Shown piece by piece: positions 13,661 to 26,000 of a stretch of DNA of 64,000 nucleotides. A program made the position numbers and the translations under genes. The notes below the pieces were generated by a model. The model was not told the DNA's origin and ran no database searches. It worked only from the letters and a program-made list of their open reading frames with translations. The first letter of the stretch is position 1. Each line of letters begins with the position of its first letter. Source of the stretch: Eledone cirrhosa. Lineage: Eukaryota. The DNA lies in the NCBI GenBank assembly GCA_964016885.1, contig OZ024752.1, forward strand, positions 744,001 to 808,000, read 5' to 3'.

Positions 13661-14379
13661 ACATATCTAGAAAGAGAAGCTAGAACATGTGATGATATCT
13701 ATATATTTAAATAATTAGGAATTTAGCAGGATGTTTCTGTGCTGGAAGAAGGTGTTCATAATAGTGAGTCCATTGCTAGAACAGAAGTCTAGTAAGGCCT
13801 CTCCATCCATATTCAGTCAGGGTTGCCATTCCTTCCAATCACTACTTTCTATGTCAGGCTGTCAGTGCCAACATGTGTATTGAAGCCTCCCATCAGGATA
13901 TATGACTCAATAGAGTGCAATATATTTTTCATACAGGCCCCCTCTATATAAGACCTGAGTGCATCCCTTACTAGCCTGCATGAAGAATGATATGGTATGG
14001 TTCTTCATCATATTACAGTTTCAGTTTCAGTGGTCTTATTCATGCCAGTCACCAATCTGGTACTTTGTCAAACCAGCAAAGACCAGGTTTTGTTAGAGGT
14101 GGCCTTTATTCACCTCATCATAGCTACATCACTGGGTTGTGAGAGTTTTCTTGGGAGCCACAGGTGTCACCCATTGCTCCATATCCCCTAGTAGTTTACT
14201 ACTGTTTGTCTGGGGTAGCTTATTTGTCTTGCAGTTGCTCTCTTATATCACAACCATCATATCTGGTGGCTGTATCGCTATCCACCACCTGCAATCCGTT
14301 CTCTAGCAGAATAGCTCTGCCAAGAACACATGTGGGGTTCTCCTCTCATCAGAGAGGTGCATCCTTGCGAGGTAAAGAG

Positions 14380-15940
14380 AACACTTAGCTGATCTTCTAA
14401 ACCTGATTACAACAGAATCTTCAGATATAGACAAGGTGTATCTGGGAGAAGTGACTAATCTCTCAGAGGCTGAGGTCACAAGAGCAGTTAAAGACCTCAA
14501 ATGTGGCAAAGCTGTTGGTGAAGATGAAATCCTGCTCGAGAGGTTAAAAGGCTTAAATAGAGAAAGTATTCTCTGGCTGACTCATATGTGCCAGGTGGCT
14601 TGGATCTCTGGAAAGGCACCTAGATGGCAATCAGGAGTGATAATCCCAATTTTCAAATAGGGAGACAAGAGAGATTGTTCCAATTCCAGAGGTAAAGTCT
14701 ACGCTAAATGTCTGGCAAAGAAGGTAAAGTCTATGCTAAATGTCTGGCAAAGAGATGCAGGGAAATTGTTGAGTCCAAGCTAGCTGATGAACAGTGTGGA
14801 TTTTTCCCCGGATGCAGCACAGCTGACCAAATATTCACACTGCAGCAGGTATTTGAGAAATTGTGGGAGTATTGCCAATAAGGATATTCTTGTTTTGTCA
14901 ACCTCAAAAAGGCATATGATCGTGTTCCTTGGGACCTGCTATGGAAGGGCTGTGCATTAGTATGGGATTGATGGTCAGTTTCTTGCTGCCCTGATGTTTC
15001 TATACGAATGCCCGAGTATGTGTTCAGATAAATGGTGCTAAATCGAAACCATTGTGTCACCTCTCCTCTTCATTATTTACAAGAACAGGATTGACATGTA
15101 TGTGCAGCCAAGTAGGAAGTGGTATCATCATTGGCGGGTGTAAAATCAGTCGGCTGGAATTTGCAAACGACATGGTGTTACTTAACTTGACAGAAGATGA
15201 TCTTTGATTTGCACTTGATAGGTTTCATGTTGAGTACTGCATGGTTGGAATGAAACTCAGTGCTATGAAAACTGAGACACTTATCCTCTCATGGAAGCCT
15301 ACGCAATACACTCTACATGTGAATGAAGTTCCACTGAAGCAGGTAGAGAAGTTCAAGTATTCCATGTTCATGAGTGATTGAAGGCAGGAGGTTGAAATAA
15401 GTGCATGAATTGCAGGACATGGTGCAGTAATGTGCCAGCTTCAGCATTCAGTAATCAGAAGAAGCGAGGTTGGTGTAAAAACCAAACTCGCTCTCTTCAA
15501 TTCAGTATGCATGCCAACCCTTACCTATAGTCATGAATCTTGGGTAATGACCAAAAGAATACGATGGACCGAATTGGATCCTCTGAAGGGTCTTTGGAGT
15601 AACGTTACTTGATAAAGTGTATAGCTTGGAGATCAGAGAGTCACTCCAGGAAGACTCGCTACTTGTCCAAATTGAGAGTCACAGCTCCGATACTATGGGC
15701 ATGTAGTTAGAAAGTCTTAGGAAAGAATCGCTGGACAGATTTTATGGGCAAAACCCACCACCAGGCGACCCAAGGGTAGACCCCAAGCAAAATGGTTGAA
15801 TAACGTCCATGAGCTTGACTAGTCATGCTTGTGGATCCAGCCGGATCAGTTGGAGATGGTTGCCTCTGACAGGGCCCACTGGAAGGAGTGTTTGAGTACT
15901 GCCTCAACGACACTCTCAGGAAAAAGAAGAAGAAGAAGAA
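14380..15940 (+). mobile_element. RTE-clade (Rex3/Expander-like) LINE, 5'-truncated, decayed RT
   Basis: SEAEVTRAVKDLKCGKAVGEDEI, WQSGVIIPIFK*GDKRDCSN, FVNLKKAYDRVP, VEKFKY, PTLTYSHESW; (AAG)n tail; 32-bp internal duplication near 14690-14755. Confidence 0.9.
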
Positions 15941-16129
15941 ATTTAACTGATATATAATGTTTGAGAGACACAATTATTGAATTAAAATTCAACCAAAAAT
16001 TTCACCATAATAATTTATTCAACTAGAAAACTTAATAAAAAGTATAAAAAAGAGTATAAAATAAAACAAAACAAAACAAAAGAAAAATTAAAACAGAAAA
16101 GTTCTATAGTAAGAAAATGTAAATAATAC

Positions 16130-17103
16130 TAATGGTTTCTAATACTAATAAGACAAGGCCAACAATTTGAGAATAAGGTAAGTCGATTAAACAAACACAG
16201 TACTTGACTGGTACTTTATTTTATTGACCATGGAAAGATGAAAAGCAAAGTTGACCTTGGCAAGATTTGAACTCAAAATGTAAAGAACTAGAACAAATAT
16301 AACAAAGCTTTTTGTCTAATACTCTAACGATTCTGCCAAATATCAATAATATTAATGATGGTGATGATGATGATGATGATGATAATAAGAACCATAATAA
16401 TTGTTTCTACTTTTGGCACAAGGCCAGCAATTATCCCAGTGTATTACTGGTACTTTATTTTATCGACCGCGTAAGGATGAAAGGCAAAGCTAACCTCGAC
16501 GGGATTTGAACTCAGACCGTAAAGGGAGGTAATTATGCTGGAAAGCATGGCGTCCGACCCTCTACCGATACTGCCAATTCACCGCCCATATAAGAACCAT
16601 AATAATTGTTTCTACTTTTGGCACAAGGCCAGCAATTACACAGTGTAATGCTGGTACTTTATTTTATCGACCCTGTAAGGATGAAAGGCAAAGTTAACCT
16701 CGGCGGGATTAACCATAATAATTGTTTCTACTTTTGGCACAAGGCCAGCAATTACACAGTGCATTACTGGTATTTTATTTTATCGACCCTGTAAGGATGA
16801 AAGGCAAAGTTAACCTCGGCGGGATTTGAACTCAGAATGGCAAGGGCCGTAACTCTATGCGTCAAAGCATGGCGTCCGACCCTCTACCGATACTGCCAAT
16901 CCACCATAATAATATTGTCGAGCATTTACCTTTTTCTGCCTCAGATCATAAGTAATGACCTTGCAAGAAATTGTATAAAACTTGCAAATGAAAGAATAAT
17001 AACAACAACAACAACAACTATAATAATCGTTTCTACCTTCGGCACAAGGCCAGCAATTACCCCAGTGCATTACTGGTGCTTTATTTTATCGACTCTGTAA
17101 GGA
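16130..17103 (-). mobile_element. Cluster of five tRNA-derived SINE copies
   Basis: Copies at about 16130-16345, 16396-16590, 16602-16710, 16718-16905 and 17022-17103; A-box TGGCAGTATCGG and B-box GAGTTCAAATC in the full-length ones. Confidence 0.9.
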
Positions 17104-17382
17104 GGTAAAAAGGATTTGGAACTGCCATGAAGTCAAAGTGGTCCCGGTTGTCATAGGCGCACTAGGTACTATCTCAAAAAGTTTCCAGGGATGGTTAAAG
17201 AAAATTGGCCCCGCCACACTTTTTGGAACGCTTCAAAAGGAATGCTTGCTGGGAACAGTAAGAACCCTCCGATACGTCCTGAATATCTGAGGCTGCAGGT
17301 AGTGGCTTGATATTCATTTCAACAAACTTTCCAGTTAACTAACATCAATGACTGAGACTCAAAGAACAATAATAATAATAAT
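17102..17382 (+). mobile_element. R4/Dong-clade non-LTR retrotransposon 3' fragment
   Basis: Open frame EVKRIWNCHEVKVVPVVIGALGTISK...LQKECLLGTVRTLRYVLNI* (stop 17288-17290), typical end of a restriction-like endonuclease region; short UTR and (AAT)n tail. Confidence 0.85.
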
Positions 17383-17417
17383 TTCTAACATTTTAATAAG
17401 TTAAAGTGCACAGCAAG

Positions 17418-17513
17418 TTATACAACGATAGACTTGACTGCCAAGCTAGCCTTTTTCGATTTTGATACTTGTTCAATATTCTTTTTCTTTGCATCTATTT
17501 TTATTTCTTCACA
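17418..17513 (-). CDS. HORMAD1: HORMAD terminal exon (CEEIKIDAKKKNIEQVSKSKKASLAVKSIVV*), closure-motif-like tail
   Basis: atttcag acceptor, 96 nt including TAA; basic-basic-x-S tail like HORMAD closure motifs; ATTAAA at 17392-17397. Confidence 0.78.
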   Translation of the reverse strand, partial: CEEIKIDAKKKNIEQVSKSKKASLAVKSIVV

Positions 17514-20055
17514 CTGAAATTGATAATAAAAAAAATACTATAAATACAAACCCATTTATAATGAGTCTTTTCAAATTATTAGAAAATGATCATTATCGCC
17601 TAATTCCACAATCAGCCTTGATAATCAACCTAATTTGTATGAATCATGTTCAATAACAGTAATTTTAAAGTTTGCTTTCTGTCTTGAATAATTGTAAAGA
17701 ATGTTATTGATGATAATTTGCCAATTATTATGTGGGTATTGATCACTTTCTGGTTACAAGGACTTAGTAGAATTAGAATTCATGGCAAAATCAAGTGCCA
17801 TAAATTTCATGATTTGAGTTTCTACATGAATCTGACGCTTAATAAATTATGCTTCTTAAATGATGGTAACATATATTCACTGATTCATCTAAAATAAAAA
17901 GGACAGATCTCCATTATTAAAAATATTTGTTTTATTATGAGTTTTCTTGGCTACTACAGTAATGTTTTTTAGGGGAAACTTAAGCCCTTATCTAACAAGA
18001 CATTTCTCTTCTTTAACTGCTTCAAGGACATGGTTCATCAATTTATAATCTAAATTCAGGTGCTTAAACTGTTTCATAACAAAAGGTAATTGTTAATCAA
18101 GCTCCCCTTGTAATATCTTAACTATCTCATAATTTTTATTCAATCTTTGAGAAACAATTAAACAATTAAACAGCTTAATCTCATTTGATACTTAACTGCT
18201 TGAAACTACTTCTGAAGCTGTTTGTTTTAAAGTTTTATATTGATCAAAAAAACTTCCATCATAATTTTATGTAAGAAACTTTAAGTTATGCTCCAAACAC
18301 CAGTTTAATAATGAGAACATTACTTATATTATTAAATCTCTTGAAATTCTTAATTATTTTCAAAATTATAGACAGTAGCTTTCATTAGAAATGTGCCAGT
18401 GAAAGGGTTATTTATGAAAACGACATACAAGAATTAATTCAACACAGAACTCTGTGGGATGTCATTCTTTACCTCTGTTGGAAATATTTTTTGTTAAATG
18501 ATTAAAAGAACTTATAAACTCCTTATAATAATTTCCTTGGGCCCAAAACTGATAAAAAAAAAACTCTGCTTAAGAAATGAATCAAATGTTTTGGTATAAT
18601 CGGTATATATTAAGGTTATATAAAAAGATATTTCTAATCTTTCTCTTAAACAAAAAATAGATACAAATCTAGCAAGCCAATATGAAAAAAGATACAAATC
18701 CAGCAAGCCAATAAGAGAGCCCCTTTGTGGTCGCTTAATCTGCTAGAAATAGCAACCACGTCACTCTAAAATCACACCTTACTCTCTTAAAAATGCTAGG
18801 ACACATTGGTGAATTTAGCCTATATAAACAAGACAGGATGAGAATGACTGGAAAACCTTAGTTCATTGGCCAGCTAGTTCAGGAGTGGCCTTGGATAAAT
18901 AGAAGTTAACATGACTCTAACAACTAAAGAATGAATTTAAATTTAATTAGATCTTAATCAACCATGCTTGTCCTCTTAGTCGGATGGTTGATATGTAGCA
19001 GTAATTTGGAACTCTTTTTAATAGAGTTTCTTTTACACTATCAATCAGCCACCAAGAAGCTGACCTCTGTGGCCTCATAGATAAGTTTACATTAAGAATG
19101 GGTTTTCGAGTTGCCAATATGTCTGAGATTTTGACATATCAAATAACCATCTGCTTGTTCTCAGGTCTTGGAGACAAAGGAAGGCATATTCATAAATAGC
19201 CTGCTACCAGAGCCAAAAAGGATGGTTGCAGAATTGATTCCTAGCAGTTAACGACTCTGTGAGTTGCTCTTGGCCAAGCCAATGAAATTTATCCCATTAA
19301 CAGGAGTTTGGTAAATACAATTTTAATAATATCTTTGCAAGCAAATACACCACACAATTCATCTGTGGTTATTTGTTCTTCATGTATTATCGTATAAACT
19401 TCAGCAAAAGCTATATTTAATAAATTAGTAACATAGCAGCTTTGTGGTTTATATATTTCATTTCCTATGTGATCAAGGTAAATTACTTACCCAAGGAACC
19501 ATAATATCATCATCATCATAATAAACAGTTACTCACTTACTTGCACACCTGCAATCTCTGGTCACACTATATCAAGCGTATCATTCTTCCCTTGCCTACA
19601 CTCTACACAACAGTGACCACTCTACTGAGTAATCCACAAGTGAGTACATTCACAATAACCAAATCAACACCGCAACACAGCCATTCATCCTAGCATTCAA
19701 CTTGCTATAATTGGTGACATTGCAACATGATCGAATTGTAAAAATGTAGTTTTAGTAATATTCCATGAGACTAGATTTTTCTCCCTCCCCCCCCTTCCCC
19801 CACATACAACTGCCTGCTTGTGAAATGAACAAGTGGATAAGCATTCAACAGACACATGCACCTTTAACATAGTTCTCAGGGAGATTCAGCATGATACAAT
19901 TTTACAAGGCTGGCTCCTTGAATAACGGGTTAATGGGTACAACTCATTTTTGCCAGTTGAGTAGCCACGAACAACACGAAATAAAGCCTCTTGCTCAAAG
20001 ACACAATGTGTTGCCCGATCTATAAATCATGAGTCAAACACCCTAACCACTAAGC

Positions 20056-20090
<35 letters not shown>

Positions 20091-23000
20091 CAGATCATGG
20101 TGTTCTTTTTGAGGCAATGTGTCATAGCCAATTGCCTTTCCTGGCATCAACCCTTTTAACCGTTTAGTGTTTACATTACTCTATATATACTATTGTATTT
20201 TCACAGTAAAGGCTTTATCTCACATAATATTGAATCTATGAGGTTTTTATATTATTTATTGTGGGAACAATACCTTAACATCAATATGAATGACCAGTTA
20301 CAGCCAGTTTGAACAGAAAGAGGTGAGAAAATGTTGGCCAGATATGGCCGGTCTAAATGCTAAAGGGTTAATGACATTTGACAACACACAGGCATATGAT
20401 GTACAGATACATATAGAAGAATGAATTTATTTCTATTAAAAAACATAGGGTCAAAATTGAAATAAAGACTAGTATAACTTACTGAAGGTCCTGTAGCCAG
20501 CAAACGTTTCCTTCTTGTAACAGGTCCAGTTACGGAAGTTGGATTACTCTGTATAAAGAAATACAAATACATAAACAATGAGTGTGTGTGGGTGTATTTA
20601 AAATTGAAATATATACTCCATATAAATTGTAATTTTTTTACTTGGAGCTGAAACTACTCTTTATTACTATCTGAACACACACACACGCATGCGTATGTGT
20701 TTGCAAGTGTATATGTATGTATATTTCTTTATCCCAATCATCATCATTAACATCATCATCATTTTCACTGCTGCTTTCCCATGCTGGGATGGGTTGAACC
20801 ATACATATATATACATGGGTGTTTTTTGTGGAGGTATATGGCATAGTAGTTAGGTTATTTGGTTCATGATCGTAAGGTTGTGTGTTTGATTCATGCCTGC
20901 ACTAAGGAACACATTTTGTCCTTGAGCAAGATGCTTTATATCCTGTTGCTCCAGTGGTCTGAGGACTTATCACAATATCATTAATACTACAGTATTAATG
21001 ATATTGAAAGGTCTGGTAACAGATAAGGCTGGATTTAGACTCTGGGAAGCACAGGGCAGTTCAGGTTTAGTGCCCCTTTCATATAACATCAAAAAGCACT
21101 TCAAGGCCACTTTCCCTGCTAAAGGTTGACTTTGCAGATCCCATGACAAGCTTCTATACTTTGCCATATTAATTATATTCTCCCTCAACAATACTTTAGT
21201 TTTCATCTCCTCCACCATCATCCCCAGAAATGTATTTTTTCATATTTCTCTTTTCCTACCTCCTCCTACTACATTCCTTCAGTTCTCTCCCCTAAGCACT
21301 TTCATCCTTTCACTATACATGACCCAAATATCTCATCCCAGCAACAATTACTGGCTTTATTCCCAACATCTTCTCCAATTCATTGTGTTATCCTCTCTCT
21401 GAGCAATACCCCACTCACCCACCTTATCATTTTCAATTTTGCTCTTTCTCTGGTGATCCACATTCTGGATGATGTATTTCACCCATTTCTTGCTCCCATA
21501 AATCATGGCATTTCTCAAACACACATCATACATGCTTCCCTTCAGTTTCAGTGACACCCTTCTCCTCACTAACACGTCACTCAGTTCCCAGAACTTTTCT
21601 AATTCTTGTGTATCACCCTCTTCTTTGTTCATTTCTTCCTGGGAGGGTCAGGAGTTTAGAGTACTCAAATACTCCTTCCAGCAGGTCCTGTCAGAAGCAA
21701 TTATCTTCAATTGATCTGGCTGTATCCCCAAGCAAGACCTACCAATGTTATCCAACCATCTTGCTTGGGGTCTACCCCTGGGTCTCCTGCCAATTGGTTT
21801 TGCCAGTAAAATCTGTCCAGCGATTCTTTCCTGAGACATCCTAACCACATGTCCATAATATGAAAGCTGTGATCTCTCAATCAGAAAAGTAGCAGCTCTA
21901 CCTGGAGAAATTCTCTGGTCTCCAAGCTACACACTCTATTAAGTAACATTACTCATAAAAATCCCATTTCAGACGCTTGTATTTACAATCATATTCTTTT
22001 GGTCATTACCCAAGATTCATTACCTTCAGTAAGGGTTGACACGAATATGAAATTGAAGATAGCAACTTTGGTTTTTCCACTTACCTTCCTTCTTCTGATG
22101 GGGGGTAGGTGCCTATGAGTCCCACATGACAAAAATTAAAATTAAAATACACAGCAAATTACCAAACGTTTGATGAGGGAGAGGGCTGTTTGAAGAGGAG
22201 GAGACCTGTTCCTAGAGGAGGGGTGTTTGACGGAGGGCCCAGAGTATTTGCTCCTTCCTCCATCTAGGTAGATAAAAGAAAGGACTAAATTCATGATGAA
22301 TATATATCATATTAAAGGAAACATAATATTGAATTTAATAAGCTTTTACCATTGAGCAATTATTTTCCTTCCCAGATTGTGACATTACTGATGGACTGTT
22401 TTCCATTATTGACAGTTCTTTGGTGTTTTGGGATAACTTATCAATCTGGAATAAAAATATACAACCATTTTGAAAGAAAAAATGTTTAATATAATTAATC
22501 TTATAAATATTACAACCATGTAATATACTAACTTTGATGTTCATTTTCAACATGTATTTTAAAGAATAATTCACCCAAATTTTAAGGATAACTATGAAAA
22601 TAATTATATTTAATGGAAAATATTCTGAGTCAGTCTTTTACATATTGTGTATTGGCTCATTGGTCTGATGTCACATTTGAAGAAAGAAAGAGCAAGAGAG
22701 AGAGAGAATTAAGAAATGGGTTAAAGGAAGAGTATACATACAGAGTAGAGTTAAAAGCAAATAGAGAGAAATAGAGAAGCCAAAGAATGCTATACCAGAA
22801 CATGAGTACACACACACACACAAGTAATTGTGCTTGCAGAGCATTTGTATGAGGTTACTTTATCTTTTCATCCTTTTCTTCATTCTTTTTGACAAATATA
22901 TATTCCTATTCTTTCTTTTTTCTCAAACCACTTCCTTCTTTAATACTATATAGTGTTTGAGTGTGAGCAATATTATAAATCCTTTTACTCAAGTGCAGGC

Positions 23001-26000
23001 ACTGTGAATTCATTAATTTATTTGCATATATTTTTCTTATATTTATACATTTTTATTTATTTACCTACACAGAGTTGCAAATGTATACTCCCTGAATGAC
23101 CTGTCATATGATGCGTAATACTTAAGTACAGAAATGATAGGCACTTTCAATTATTCAGAAATATTCTGATGGATAATTATATTTTTGTAAATTTAACACG
23201 TGGAATAACAATATTAATTATATAAGTTGTGAGAATTTTAAAAATCTTATCTCTGAAATAAAATAATTGTTTCTACAATAGGCACAAAGCCATCAATTAT
23301 CCCAGTGTATTACTGGTACTTTATTTTATCGACCTCCATTAGGATGAAAGGCAAAGTTATAAAATAATGAAATAAAATATTGATAATGTTAATTAAATAG
23401 TGTAATACAAGTTCATTTTATTACTGTACATTCATGTAGATGCCTCCCCACTTGGAATGTAATTATATAAATAATTGGTAGAATGTTTAGGTTAATGCCT
23501 TCTAGTATTTAGCTATGTCCTTTTACAATCTAAGTTTCATGTTCACAGGAGTCATTAGAATAAGTACCAGTCATGTACTGTGGTTGACTTAATTAATTAT
23601 ATCCCATTCCCAAACTTTGTAGCTTTGTATCAATATTAGAAATCATATTATTAATGAAGATGACATTGAATATATTTATAGCCGTGTTAGATTTGCAAGC
23701 ATTTCATGTATGGGTGTAGAATCAGTTTTAGTTTTGGCAACAAAAAAAAAAAAAAAAAAAAACTGTTGCAGAACAAGAAGAAGAAGCTAATTTGGCAACA
23801 CAAAATATTTGCTACATACAGAATAAAGATTATACAAGTTCTTACACATGCTTTAATGTATGTCAGTCATTAAACTTATGTTAAAATGAAAATAGCTGAA
23901 TTAATACTGTGAACATTTCTGAAATCAATCAAATTTAAATATACTTTGAAAAATCCTTTTTGATTTTATGGATTAAACCAACTTACATTATTATTATTAT
24001 GAAACTCTTCTTCTGTTATATTTTTCCAAATATTTCTACGTAAGTATTTTTGCAAACCTGCTTCTAATTTCTTCGAATCCACAATCTTGGTTGATCTAAA
24101 ATCATATATATATATATAGAGAGAGAAATGAATATTATTACAAATAAAGAATAGTGAAAAATTTCTGAGAATTAAGTTTTATATATAACTAGACCACCCA
24201 TGACCCATTGGGTCATGTTCTCTTAAAAATAATTTTAAAATAATTAAAATATACACAGACATGTATCTCTTTCAATCTACTCTCTCACAACTTTTTCTCT
24301 ATCTTTCTCTCTCTCTATTTATGAAGGTAACCGGAAAGACCCTGTATCTTGGGAACCAGTGTTCTGATTCACGCGAAACTTGTTTTATTCCATTTGTATT
24401 CCCATTTCAGGGTCAACTTCCTTTCAAAGTATTTTCCCATTATGCTCCATTTCGGCTGTATCAAATTATAGACGAGACACAATCATAGAGCTTTAGTAGT
24501 ATATAAATTTCTGTATAATTTAGATATTTTTTATTTATTCATATGAAATAATGTATGATATAATTACCGTTTTAATTTTCCATTTGTATTTTTTTTAACA
24601 AAGCCTTCACTTTCTAGCCTATGAAATAAACCATGGGCCACAGTATTTTCCAAACCTAATTTCTTAGTAAATTCAGGAAGTGTAATCTTGTTCTCTTGAG
24701 TACAAAATAAAAGTGCTCTTCGCCACATACATGTAGTCTAGAGTAATAATAGAAAAATATAAATGTAAATCATTTCAGTTTTTTTATTTATAATCCAACT
24801 TTATGTATATATAAAGATAAAGGCACACTAGAAAGTAAAAATCTACTAATATATAATTTTTTTCTATTTTCGGCACAAGGCCAGCAATTATCCCAGTGCA
24901 TTACTGGTACTTTATTTTATCGACCCCGTAAGGATGAAAGGCAAAGTTAACCTCAGGAGGATTTGAACTCAGATCATAAAGGGACGTAACTCTACGCCGC
25001 AAAACATTGCTCTTGTGTAGTTGTCCGTCACACAAAGGGAGGTAACTCATCTACAACCACATATACATAAACGGACAAATTATACAAAATAATTTTCTTC
25101 TTTTTGGCCCAAGTGCATTACTGGTACTTTATTTTATTGATCCCGTAAGAATGATGCCATACACTCACATCTATGTGATGAGTGTTGAAGGAAGGGGGCT
25201 GTGACAAAGTATAGAAAACAGCGAACAATGTGTGTGCATGTAATAATTATTTTCTTTAATAAGTCTGTTCATGTATATGCTTGTATAATTTAACAGTTCA
25301 TACATGTGCCTAATATATTTATTTAAGAAATGTATGTAATCAATTTTAAATTGGGAGTTTTTACATCAACTATAAGTCATGACCTGCTTTATGTGGCTTT
25401 AAGTCATATGAGTTTAGGTTAGTTTCAGTAATGGAGAGTGCAATTGAAAGGAAATGTTGTTTAGCGAGAGAAAGACAGACCCTTTTTATATAGTTGATAC
25501 TACAATTAGCCATCATTTTTTATGGCACAAGGCCAGCTAGTATAAAATAATATACTATTTCATGAAGGAGTAAATAATATACTATGTCACAAAATAGTAA
25601 ATAAGCAACATAATATTATCGCTAAACCTCAAGTCATAAAAAAAAAATCAAGTTTTGTTTTAAACAAACAAACCATAAATTTATATACAAAGAACTCAAA
25701 TTTTAATTCCAATCTTTTTTTAGATTTTAAAATTTTAATTGATAAAATGTTTTTTAAAAAAAATAGTATTTCTTTGGGATTCATTTTTGATGGTTGACGA
25801 AATGGCATTTGGATGTATTTTATAGTGACTTTATTTCTCTCATCTAGTGTCTTTCAAATATATTTTAACAAATGACAATGGTAGGTATAATTTGTGATTA
25901 TTTTGTGTTAAAAAAATTGCAATGCTTACCTGTAAACTTGTGGGAGACAATCCTATCAAACTTGGATCTGTAGGATTCTTTCGCTCATATCCTGGCTAAA

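Noticed and set aside
17780-17888. Alternative last HORMAD exon after ttttag at 17889-17890
   Set aside because: In the required phase it reads MNQ then TGA and has no closure-like motif; 17418-17513 is better, though a minor isoform cannot be excluded
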